NCBI GenBank assembly: GCA_003222135.1
Contig: QHUM01000043.1
Coordinates: forward strand, 18,379-82,378
Direction of reading: 5' to 3'
Length of the DNA: 64,000 nt
Source of the DNA: Gemmatimonadota bacterium
Lineage (GTDB): Bacteria; Gemmatimonadota; Gemmatimonadetes; Gemmatimonadales; GWC2-71-9
Shown here: positions 25,384 to 36,316 of the stretch, piece by piece
Position numbering within the stretch: position 1 is the first letter of the stretch
Layout: each line of letters starts with the position of its first letter
Notes under the pieces: generated by a model
What the model was told of the DNA's origin: nothing
The model's database searches: none
What the model saw: the letters and a program-made list of their open reading frames with translations, nothing else
Made by a program: the position numbers and the translations under genes

Positions 25384-27092
25384 CGCCCGCGGCGCGCGGG
25401 CGGCACATAGCCCGGGCCCCGCAACCCGCGCCCCGGCCGCGCCGCCGTGATCGCACCGTGGTCCAGCACCTTCTGCCCGTTCACGAACACGTACACGAAC
25501 CCCACGGACGGCTGGTGCGGCCGCTCGAAGGTCGCCCGGTCGGCCACGGTGTTGGGGTCGAAGACCGTGATGTCGGCGGCCATGCCGGGCGCGAGCAGGC
25601 CGCGGTCCTTGAGCCCCACGCGCTGCGCGGCGAGCGACGTCATCTTCCGCACGGCAAACTCGAGCGGGAACAGCTTGAGCTCGCGCACGTAGTGGCCGAG
25701 GATCCGCGCGAACGTGCCGTAGGCGCGGGGGTGAGCGGACTGCGTGCCGAGCGGCCCGTCGGGCGCCACGCCGCCGAAGTCCGTGTTCACGGCCACCCAC
25801 CACGTTTGCATCGCGGCCTGCACGTCGGGCTCGCTCATCACGAAATACACGGCGTCGGTGCGATGGCCGCCCTCGGCCTGGACGATGTCGAACACCGTTT
25901 CGACGGGATCCCGGCGCCGCGCCGCCGCGATCTCGCTGATCCGCTTGCCCTGGAGATAGCGCAGCGAGTCCTGGAATGTCCCCGTGATCAACACCCCCGC
26001 GCCGCCCCCCGCCTCGTAGAAGAAGCTCTCGGCGCCCCCCTTGGGGTGCGCCATCTCGTCGTGCAGGCGCGCCCGCGTCTTGGGGTCGCGCAGCCGCACC
26101 AGCAGCGAGTCCCACCCGCCGCTCTCCGCCCACGTGGGGATCGACGCGTCGAGTGCGGTCGCCGCCGCCACGTAGGGGTACTGGTCCGCCGTGACGTCGA
26201 GCCCGGTGGCGCGCGCCGAATCGATGCGGGCGAGCACGCGGCGCATTCGCCCCCAGCTGTTGCGTCCCGAGACCTTGAGGTGCGACACCTCGGCCGGGAT
26301 CTCCGCCTCCCGCGCGATGCGGAACAGCTCGTTCAGCGCCTGGTCGATCTGGATCCCCTCGTTCCGCATGTGCGAGGCATAGATCCCGCCGTGGCGCCGT
26401 GCGGCTCTCGCCAGTGCGATGATCTCGTTGGTCGTCGAGTAGCTCGCCGGCGCGTATTCGAGCGCCGTCCACACGCCCAGCGCGCCCTGCTCCATCAGGG
26501 TGTCCACCAGCGCCGCCATGTGGGCGAGCTCGGGCGTGGTCGGCTGCCGGTTCACGTTGCCGATGACGGCGAGGCGCACCTGGGTCGCGCCCACGAACGT
26601 CGCGATGTTCACCGTGGAGCCGTGCCGCTCGAGCTGAGTGATGTAGCCGTCCAGATCACGCCAGTCCTCCCGGTAGTGCCATTTCTTCATCGCATCGGAG
26701 TCGTCGAGCACGAGCTTATCGGTGAGCGGGGCGATGGAGCCGCCCTCGCCAGTCAGCTCTGTCGTGACACCCTGCGTGACCTTCGACAGCACGCGGTTGT
26801 CGATCAGCACGTTGATCTCCGACTGCCCCATCATGTCGATGAATCCCGGCGCCACGATGAGACCGGCGATGTCGAGCGTCTCGCGGGCCTGGGCGCCGGG
26901 CAGGAAGCCCAGCCCCGCGATCCGGTCTCCGGCGATCGCGACATCGCCCCGGTGGCGCGGATTGCCGCTACCGTCCACGATCCAGCCGCCCCGGATGAGC
27001 ACATCGTAGCTGCCCGTCCCCCCTCCCCCTTCCCCGTTCCCGCAGCCAATCAAGAGCAGGAGCAGTCCCAGGACCGACCTTAGTTCGCCCAT
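25380..27092 (-). CDS. N-acyl-D-amino-acid deacylase family lipoprotein
   Basis: Lipobox LIGC, DVLIRGG.IVDG, QGVTT, SHMRNE, SHLK, DQYPY, HPRAYGTF, DITVFDP. Start ATG 27092. Confidence 0.88.
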   Translation of the reverse strand: MGELRSVLGLLLLLIGCGNGEGGGGTGSYDVLIRGGWIVDGSGNPRHRGDVAIAGDRIAGLGFLPGAQARETLDIAGLIVAPGFIDMMGQSEINVLIDNRVLSKVTQGVTTELTGEGGSIAPLTDKLVLDDSDAMKKWHYREDWRDLDGYITQLERHGSTVNIATFVGATQVRLAVIGNVNRQPTTPELAHMAALVDTLMEQGALGVWTALEYAPASYSTTNEIIALARAARRHGGIYASHMRNEGIQIDQALNELFRIAREAEIPAEVSHLKVSGRNSWGRMRRVLARIDSARATGLDVTADQYPYVAAATALDASIPTWAESGGWDSLLVRLRDPKTRARLHDEMAHPKGGAESFFYEAGGGAGVLITGTFQDSLRYLQGKRISEIAAARRRDPVETVFDIVQAEGGHRTDAVYFVMSEPDVQAAMQTWWVAVNTDFGGVAPDGPLGTQSAHPRAYGTFARILGHYVRELKLFPLEFAVRKMTSLAAQRVGLKDRGLLAPGMAADITVFDPNTVADRATFERPHQPSVGFVYVFVNGQKVLDHGAITAARPGRGLRGPGYVPPARRGR

Positions 27093-28468
27093 GTCTTCCT
27101 CAACGAATCTGGTTGGATGATGCGTCCGCGGATCATCACCCACGCAATGCGCCGCGTCGCCGCGATGGCTGTCACGGGATCGCCGTCGAGCACGACCAGA
27201 TCCGCGACCTTGCCCGCCTCGAGCAGGCCGAGCGAGTCGGCGTGCAGCAGCTGGGCGCCTTTGCGCGTGGCGGCGGTGATCGCCTCGACCGGGCTGAGAC
27301 CGGCGGCCACGAGCAGGGCGACCTCTTCGTGGAGCGACAGCCCGGGCACGAGGAGCTGGTTCGCCGCATCCGAACCGGCGGCGATCAGACCGCCGGCGCG
27401 TTTGAACTCCCGCACGAATTGATCCTGGCGCGCGCGCGCGCGACGGAACGCCTGGAGGTCGGCGGCGCGCCAGCGGGTGCGCTTGAGCAGGCCGGCGACG
27501 TCGCGCACGCTGCCGGCCCGCGCCGGCACGTCTTCCATTCCCGGGCGCAGCAGCAGCGTGGGATTGTCGAGCCGTGCCAGCATCTCGTGCAGCACCAGCG
27601 TGGGTACCACGGCGGTGCGAGTCGCCGCGACCGCCCGGGCGACGCGCTGGACGGAGCCCGAATCGAGCGACGCCCAGCCGGCTTCTTCCAGCGTCCATCC
27701 GGGGAGGAACTGGTCGTGCGCCTGGATGTACGGCGCGGGGTCGCGCACCGCTGCCTGGACCACGCCCGCCATGTGTTCGAGCGAGGCGACCCCGGCCCGC
27801 GCCGCCGTAACCGCGTCGGTCTTGCCGAGGTGCGCCGCAACGGGGAGCCGGAGGGTGGACGCCTCGTCCATCAGGGGCTTGAGCAGCGACGGCGTGATCT
27901 TCGTGTAGATCTTGAGCAGGTCGGTTCCCACGACGGCGCGCTGATCGACCGCCTTGCGCGCGGCGCTCGGCTCGGCGACTCCCGTCGCCGTGGGATAGGT
28001 CGGCGGCACGCCGTCGATCATCGCCCCGGATGTGAACAACCGCGGCCCCAGCACCGCCCCGAGGTTGCAGTCGTTCTTGAGCGCGATCGCCGAATCGGTG
28101 GTCGTCGCGCCCAGGTCCCGCACGGTGGTCACACCCCAGGCCACGTAGCGCTCCAGCGCCCAGCGCTCGACGTGCGCGTGCGCGTCGACCAGTCCCGGGA
28201 TCACGGTCTTGCCGATCAGGCTGATCTCTCGCGCGCCGCGCGGCACGGGGATTTCGTTCACCCGCGCGACGGCCTGGATGTGGCCGTCCTTGACCAGGAT
28301 CACGGCGTCCTTCACCGGCTCGCTCCCCGAGCCGTCGATCAGCGTGGCGCCCTCGAGCGCGATCACGCCGTCTCCCGCCGGCTTGCAGGCGGCCGACATC
28401 AGGACCACGGCGGCGGTCAAGAGAATCGGCGGTCGGGCGGTCGGCAGCCGGCCCCTGACGCGCTTCAC
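27080..28468 (-). CDS. Amidohydrolase family lipoprotein
   Basis: Lipobox-like MSAAC, PGLVDAHAH, GVTTVRDLG, SLEH, AGSD, GKVADLVVLDGDP. GTG start at 28468 (GTGA overlap). Confidence 0.88.
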   Translation of the reverse strand: MKRVRGRLPTARPPILLTAAVVLMSAACKPAGDGVIALEGATLIDGSGSEPVKDAVILVKDGHIQAVARVNEIPVPRGAREISLIGKTVIPGLVDAHAHVERWALERYVAWGVTTVRDLGATTTDSAIALKNDCNLGAVLGPRLFTSGAMIDGVPPTYPTATGVAEPSAARKAVDQRAVVGTDLLKIYTKITPSLLKPLMDEASTLRLPVAAHLGKTDAVTAARAGVASLEHMAGVVQAAVRDPAPYIQAHDQFLPGWTLEEAGWASLDSGSVQRVARAVAATRTAVVPTLVLHEMLARLDNPTLLLRPGMEDVPARAGSVRDVAGLLKRTRWRAADLQAFRRARARQDQFVREFKRAGGLIAAGSDAANQLLVPGLSLHEEVALLVAAGLSPVEAITAATRKGAQLLHADSLGLLEAGKVADLVVLDGDPVTAIAATRRIAWVMIRGRIIQPDSLRKTWAN

Positions 28469-28926
28469 CTCGGGTCGCTCGACGTGTGGTCGTGGAGGAT
28501 CTGCCAGCGGTCGCCCCGCTGCTGGAGGAGCAACGTGAACGGCCCGCTCGCGACGACCGCGCCGCCGCGGTGCAGCGCGAACCGCGCGGTGCACAGGGCG
28601 AGGTCGAGCGTCAACGGCCGGACACGCACTTCCTCGAACGTCAGCGAATCCCGCGTCTTCCCCGGGGCGAAATACGTGGCCTGGTAGTGATCGTAGAGCG
28701 GTTGCCACCCGTACTGCACGTGGCCACCAGTGACGTAGCTCGTCAGCGAATCCCGGGCGTAGTCGCTCATGAACCCGGCCAGATCGCCCGCGTTCCAGTC
28801 TGCGGCGCTGCGCGCCAGCATCGCGGCGATCTCGGCCTGCGGGTCGCCGAGCCGTATCGTTGGGGCTGCACAACTGACGAGGATGCACACGGCGCCCACG
28901 CCGTAGGCCCAACGCCCGACGTTCAT
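28465..28926 (-). CDS. NTF2/SnoaL-like (DUF4440) protein
   Basis: WNAGDLAGFMSDY, FTLLL...WQILHDHTS. Confidence 0.8.
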   Translation of the reverse strand: MNVGRWAYGVGAVCILVSCAAPTIRLGDPQAEIAAMLARSAADWNAGDLAGFMSDYARDSLTSYVTGGHVQYGWQPLYDHYQATYFAPGKTRDSLTFEEVRVRPLTLDLALCTARFALHRGGAVVASGPFTLLLQQRGDRWQILHDHTSSDPR

Positions 28927-29036
28927 GGCCGTCTCGCTCCGTGCAAGGTGACTCGAAACACGTGCCGCGGGAGCGCCTCGCGGGGATGGCTTGAGCCATC
29001 CAACAGGCGCTCCCGCGGTGTGGTGGTGCGGTGGGC

Positions 29037-29303
29037 TTAGCGGCGACGCCGCTTCGCCGATTTCTTCCGCTTCGCGCCGCGCTTGGCCTTACCCTTCGGC
29101 CGTTTCTTGGCGGCCTTCTTCGCCTTGGGCCGCTTCGCCGCCTTCTTCTTCTTGCGCGCGGGCGCCTTCCGCCTCGGTGCGTCCTCCGGCTCGTCCATCA
29201 TCGGCGCCGGGCTCGGCAGCGGTGGAGGCGACGGCGGGTACATCGGCTCCATCATGCCGGAGCCAGTCCAGCTGCTCTCCGAGAAGTCGTTTGGCTCGAG
29301 CAT
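29037..29303 (-). CDS. Small Pro-rich then Lys/Ala/Arg-rich protein (histone H1-like tail)
   Basis: AGAGGAG RBS before ATG 29303. 88 aa ending KAPARKKKKAAKRPKAKKAAKKRPKGKAKRGAKRKKSAKRRRR. Confidence 0.65.
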   Translation of the reverse strand: MLEPNDFSESSWTGSGMMEPMYPPSPPPLPSPAPMMDEPEDAPRRKAPARKKKKAAKRPKAKKAAKKRPKGKAKRGAKRKKSAKRRRR

Positions 29304-29621
29304 CGGATCTCCTCTGCTGGTTGTCCGTGGGCGTGGCTTATAGCTTACCCTAGGAATGCGGCCACGCAAGTGAGCACGCGCGACCGACGCGCGCGTCGCT
29401 CGAGCAGTGTGGCGAGGTCGTCGTGCGGCTACTCGCGTCACGGCGGCGTCGGCTCGGGCGAGCGCTCCACGCGCCCTTCCACTCTTGCCCCGACGGGAGC
29501 GCAGCGAGGTTCGGGCGGGAATCGTTCGCTGGAAAGCGGTTATCCCGATGTGGGGGCAACGGCGCGGAGCGATACCCCGGCAAGCGTGCCGCGTGTCCAG
29601 GGCGTGCGGCGACAAGTTAGC

Positions 29622-29651
29622 TTGACAACAACACTTACGTGCGCTTACGTT
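29622..29651 (+). promoter_or_regulatory. Sigma70-like promoter with a 10-bp-phased CTTACGT direct repeat
   Basis: TTGACA-18 nt-TACGTT. CTTACGT at 29634-29640 and 29644-29650. ATG at 29660. Confidence 0.5.
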
Positions 29652-29659
29652 GCCCCGCT

Positions 29660-31939
29660 ATGACCCCTCGCGCGGTTGTGATCTGGATCACGTTCGCTCT
29701 CCCCGGGCGCGGCGTCGCGCAAAACGTATCCGAAGTTCAGGTCGCCCCGCCCACTGTGACGGTCAAGGTGGGCGAGCGCAGCGGCCTGCTCGCCACCGCG
29801 TTCGATCGTGCGGGTAACGTGATTCCCACTGTGCGATTCATCTGGTCTTCGAACAACGTGTCCATTGCTAAGGTCGACAACGACGGCACCGTGAGCGGCG
29901 TGGCTGGCGGCGTCGCGATCGTCGAGGCGCGGGTGGGAGCGCGCAGGGGTCAGGCGGCCGTGCAGGTGATCGGCGCGCCACCAGCTGGCACGCAGACGAG
30001 CGCGCCCCCGCAGACCACGGCCCGACCGGCCGACGCGACCGGCGTCGATCCGTTTGCGGGCCAGCCCTCGGGCACGGGTCCGGCCTCCGTGATGCGAATC
30101 GAGCCGCCGACCGTGTACCTGCTGCCGTCGGAGAACACGCGCGTCGTGCCGCGCGCGCTCAAGGACGACGGCTCGCCCGCCGCGCCGGTCGCCGTGACGT
30201 GGAAGTCGCTCCGTCCCGATATCGCGAGTGTGGACCAGAACGGCGTAATCGTCGCGCTCTCTGCGGGCCAGGGAACGGTGCAGGTGACGGGCTCGACCGG
30301 GCTCACAGCGACGGCGCCGGTCGTCGTGCAACCGAGCGACGTCGCGATCCAGGAGCCGAGTCCGGTCACGCTCGGGCCCAACGACCTCGATACGCTGCAT
30401 GTGATCGTGCCCGGCCAGGGTGGGCGAGTCGTGAGCCCGCTGACGATGCAATGGGCGTCGGCGGACCCGAACGTCGCTCGCGTGTCGCTCACGGGCGTCG
30501 TGACCGCGGTGGCGCCGGGGAAGACCACGCTTTCCGTCTCCGGCCTGCTGCAGACCAAGAGCGTGGACATCGTAGTGCACCGCACGGTTCAGGGACTGCA
30601 GGTACGACCGAAGGTTCAGGGCGAGACCCCCGTCCCGATCCAGGGAACGGCGCGGTTCGAAGCGCACGCGCTCGGTGCGGACGACCAGCCCGTGCCGGAG
30701 GCGCCGCTGCGCTGGAGCGTCGGGGACACCACGCTCGCGATCTTCGACCCCGCTACGGGCGTGTTGACGGGACGAAAGGCCGGCAAGACACAACTCGTCG
30801 TCAAGGGTCCCGGGCTGGGGCTCGCCTACACGTGGTCGATTCGCGTCATCGCGGCCGGTCTCAAGTTGTCCGCCACGCGACTGGGCCTGCCGCTCAACCG
30901 GCGGTCCGGGCTGCGCGCCAGCTTCGCCGACGAGACGGGGACGGTGATCGGCCCGGCGACGGGCGTCACCTTCGCCTCCGACAACCCGCAGACTGTCGCC
31001 GTGGCGGAGGACGGGACGATCACGGCGGCCGGGTACGGTCACGCGCGTGTCACCGCGTCCGCCCCGGGGGGCAAGCACGCCGCCGCCGAGGTCTTCGTGC
31101 AGGGTGAGATCGTGGTGACGAGCACGCGGTCGGGGCGGCTCCAGCTGTACGCCGCCGAGCGGGCGAACCTGGCGCAGCTGCGCAAAGTGCTGGACGACAG
31201 CTCCACGGCCAGCGAGCCCGCCTACTCACCAGACGGCTCGCGCCTCGCGTTCGTGTCGACCCGCGACGGCCAGCCGGAGATCTACGTCATGGATGCCGAC
31301 GGGACGAGTCCGTCGCGCCTCACCAACGCTCCCGGCGCGGACGGCGCCCCGTCGTTCACGGCCGACGGGCGCGCCGTGGTATTCCATTCCCCCCGCGCCG
31401 GTCACCGCCAGATCTTCGTGCAACCGATCACGAGCTCGGACGCGATCCAGCTCACGCAGGAGCCGTCCGACAATTCGCAGCCATCCGCCTCGCCGGATGG
31501 TGAGACCATCGCGTTCGTGTCGAGCCGGGACGGCAGCGACGATATCTGGCTGATGTCGCGTGACGGCTCGAACCAGCGCAACTTCACGAAATCGCCGCAG
31601 GTCAAGGAAAGGAGTCCCCGCTTCCTGCGCGACGGCTCGCTCGCGTTCCTGCTCGAAGGGAAGGACGGCGGCCGCACCGTCACGCAGGTGGTGCGAGCGG
31701 ATGTGGCGAGCGGCCGCATGACCCAGCTCACCGGGACCGATCTCCTCATCGCCGACTTCGCCGTATCGCCCGCGGGCGACCTGCTCGCCCTGGTGGTCAA
31801 CGTGCAGAAGAACGTGCAGAAGATCTTCCTCCAGCCCGTCGGGACGGGGAGCGGAGCCGGGGCGGGCGGTGCGGGTGCGCCCATCGCGATCCCCACGACC
31901 GGCGCCGAGCAGATGGTGTCGGCGACGTTCATGCCGTAG
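29660..31939 (+). CDS. Secreted protein with five Ig-like (Big_2) repeats and a TolB/PD40 beta-propeller
   Basis: Five W/F.S....A.V...G.V.A...G repeats, then PAYSPDGSRLAFVS, PSASPDGETIAFVSSRDG and IYVMDADG. Confidence 0.85.
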   Translation: MTPRAVVIWITFALPGRGVAQNVSEVQVAPPTVTVKVGERSGLLATAFDRAGNVIPTVRFIWSSNNVSIAKVDNDGTVSGVAGGVAIVEARVGARRGQAAVQVIGAPPAGTQTSAPPQTTARPADATGVDPFAGQPSGTGPASVMRIEPPTVYLLPSENTRVVPRALKDDGSPAAPVAVTWKSLRPDIASVDQNGVIVALSAGQGTVQVTGSTGLTATAPVVVQPSDVAIQEPSPVTLGPNDLDTLHVIVPGQGGRVVSPLTMQWASADPNVARVSLTGVVTAVAPGKTTLSVSGLLQTKSVDIVVHRTVQGLQVRPKVQGETPVPIQGTARFEAHALGADDQPVPEAPLRWSVGDTTLAIFDPATGVLTGRKAGKTQLVVKGPGLGLAYTWSIRVIAAGLKLSATRLGLPLNRRSGLRASFADETGTVIGPATGVTFASDNPQTVAVAEDGTITAAGYGHARVTASAPGGKHAAAEVFVQGEIVVTSTRSGRLQLYAAERANLAQLRKVLDDSSTASEPAYSPDGSRLAFVSTRDGQPEIYVMDADGTSPSRLTNAPGADGAPSFTADGRAVVFHSPRAGHRQIFVQPITSSDAIQLTQEPSDNSQPSASPDGETIAFVSSRDGSDDIWLMSRDGSNQRNFTKSPQVKERSPRFLRDGSLAFLLEGKDGGRTVTQVVRADVASGRMTQLTGTDLLIADFAVSPAGDLLALVVNVQKNVQKIFLQPVGTGSGAGAGGAGAPIAIPTTGAEQMVSATFMP

Positions 31940-31946
31940 CCCGCCG

Positions 31947-32996
31947 ATGCGCGCTTGTGTCATTCGCGCGACCGGCAATCTCGATCATATCCAGCTGGCC
32001 GATGTCCCCGCCCCCCCTGCGGCGTCGCTAGGGCCGCGAGACGTACGCGTCGCGATCCGCGCCGCCGCGCTCAACCACCTCGACCTGTTCGTGGTGCGGG
32101 GACTCCCTCACGCTTACGCCTTTCCCCACATCCTCGGGGCCGACGCGGCGGGCGTGGTGGACGCCGTCGGGGCGGAGGTCCGCTCCGTCCAGCCGGGCGA
32201 CCGCGTCATGCTCAATCCCGGCATTTCCGACTACACCTGCGACTACTGTCGCGCGGGGGAGCATTCCCTGTGCGTCAACTACCAGATGCTGGGCGAGCAG
32301 CTCCCGGGCACGTTGTGCGAGTCCGTCGTAGTCCCGGAGCAGAATGTCGCCATCATTCCGACAGTGACGCCGCCCCTCAGTTGGGCCGAAGCGGCGGCGT
32401 TCTCGCTCGTCACGCTCACCGCCTGGCGGATGGTCGTGACGCGGGCCCAGCTCCGGGCGGGGGAGACGGCCCTGATCTGGGGAATCGGGGGCGGCGTGTC
32501 CCTCACGGCGCTGCGGATCGCGAAGCTGCGCGGCGCGCGTGTGGTCGTCACCAGTTCGAGTGACGCGAAGCTCGAGGCGGCGCGTCGACTCGGCGCCGAC
32601 GTGACCCTCAATCACCGGACCCAACAGGTGTCGCGGGAAGTCCGGACGCTGACCAACAAGCGGGGCGCGGACGTCGTGGTCGAGAACGTCGGCGCGGCGA
32701 CATGGGAGCAGTCGCTGCGCTCACTCGGGCGCGGCGGCCGGCTGGTGACGTGCGGCGCGACGACCGGCCCCGAAGTCGCGATCGACCTCCGGCGGCTCTT
32801 CTGGTATCACTGGAGCGTCCTGGGCTCGACGATGGGGAACGACGCCGAGTATCGGGAGATCGTGGGGCTACTGGGCTCGGGCGAGCTGCGGCCGATCGTG
32901 GACCGGGTTTTCCCGCTCAACGAGGCACGAGCCGCGTTCGAGCGCCTGGACCAGGGAGAGCAGCTGGGGAAGATCGTGGTGCAAGTGAGCGAGTGA
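31947..32996 (+). CDS. Zinc-binding MDR dehydrogenase / NAD(P)H:quinone oxidoreductase
   Basis: ALNHLD, ILGADAAG, CDYCRAGEHSLC, IWGIGGGV, GRLVTCGATTG, GKIVV. Confidence 0.9.
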   Translation: MRACVIRATGNLDHIQLADVPAPPAASLGPRDVRVAIRAAALNHLDLFVVRGLPHAYAFPHILGADAAGVVDAVGAEVRSVQPGDRVMLNPGISDYTCDYCRAGEHSLCVNYQMLGEQLPGTLCESVVVPEQNVAIIPTVTPPLSWAEAAAFSLVTLTAWRMVVTRAQLRAGETALIWGIGGGVSLTALRIAKLRGARVVVTSSSDAKLEAARRLGADVTLNHRTQQVSREVRTLTNKRGADVVVENVGAATWEQSLRSLGRGGRLVTCGATTGPEVAIDLRRLFWYHWSVLGSTMGNDAEYREIVGLLGSGELRPIVDRVFPLNEARAAFERLDQGEQLGKIVVQVSE

Positions 32997-33017
32997 GGGG
33001 GTCCGCGATCGTCGTGA

Positions 33018-33046
33018 TTCACACGCTGAAGCGTGTGAACTCCTAC
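33018..33046 (-). repeat. GTAG-tagged REP-like hairpin
   Basis: Minus strand GTAG-GAG-TTCACACGC-TTCA-GCGTGTGAA, with a perfect 9-bp stem. The GTAG includes the tnpA stop codon. Confidence 0.8.
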
Positions 33047-33507
33047 GACGTCCCACTGACTTTCCCCACCTTTCGCTCCGGCTCTTCCACGGCCTCACCT
33101 GGATGATGAGACGCCTGCTCCTCGATGTAGCGGATCGCTCCGGCCAGCTGTTTGGGGCTCACCGTTGTGGCGGAGTACTCCCGCGACCATCGTAGGCCCA
33201 AGATGTTTCCTGGAAGACGACTCGCCGCATAGCTGCTCCCGCCCTTCAAGAACTGCACGAGTCGCGGGATGTCGATTCGAGGAGCCGTGCGCACCAGCAG
33301 ATGCACGTGGGAGCGAAGAATGGCCAGGACGACTATCTCGGCTCGCTCTCGGATTGCGGTGCGACGAAAGTAATCGCCGAGGAAGTCGCGCGTGGTGCGA
33401 TCGATCATGGGCTGCCGATCGCGCGTCGTCCACGCGAGATGGATATAGATCTGGTGGGCGGTCACGGTCGTGCCTGGGGTGTCGAGTCGTCTCAGTCGTG
33501 TTCCCAT
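33043..33507 (-). mobile_element. tnpA: Y1 HUH transposase (IS200-like TnpA / RAYT), no tnpB
   Basis: IYIHLAWTTRDR, SHVHLL (HUH), FLKGGSS, WSREYSATTVS, IRYIEEQASHH (catalytic Tyr). ATG at 33507. Confidence 0.85.
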
Positions 33508-33627
33508 GTCTAAAGCATGGGCTCGGCACTGCACTGCTCTAGGGAGCACCCGCTCGTCGCAAGCCGCTTCGCTCGTTGTGCTTCAGCACAGTGCCGGCCG
33601 AGCCCAGGCTTCAGTCTGGGAACACGA
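33496..33627. repeat. 132-bp imperfect palindrome (REPIN-like) overlapping the tnpA start
   Basis: Arms TCGTGTTCCCA..AAGC.TGGGCTCGGC..ACTG and their reverse complement. Inner hairpins TGCTC-TAGG-GAGCA (33535-33548) and TGTGC-TTCA-GCACA (33577-33590). Confidence 0.8.
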
Positions 33628-33660
33628 TGGGTGGCGCCCCTCAACCGGGCGTCAACAGCG

Positions 33661-33689
33661 TTGCCTTTCCAGGTCTAAGTGTTTAATTT
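33661..33689 (+). promoter_or_regulatory. gyrA promoter candidate
   Basis: TTGCCT-17 nt-TAATTT in a locally AT-rich patch. Confidence 0.6.
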
Positions 33690-33755
33690 TAGGCAACTTA
33701 GCGTGCTCGTCGGCAGTCCCGATCCCTGACACCTGACCACCGGCCTCAGCCGCCC

Positions 33756-36314
<2,559 letters not shown>

Positions 36315-36316
36315 GC

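Noticed and set aside
29350-29620. Small ORFs or an ncRNA in the divergent intergenic region
   Set aside because: No RBS, no recognisable motifs, and no RNA family signature I can support. It stays open pending an Rfam search.
33508-33755. TnpB/omegaRNA system next to tnpA
   Set aside because: There is no RuvC-type ORF on either side, and only about 250 bp separate tnpA from gyrA.
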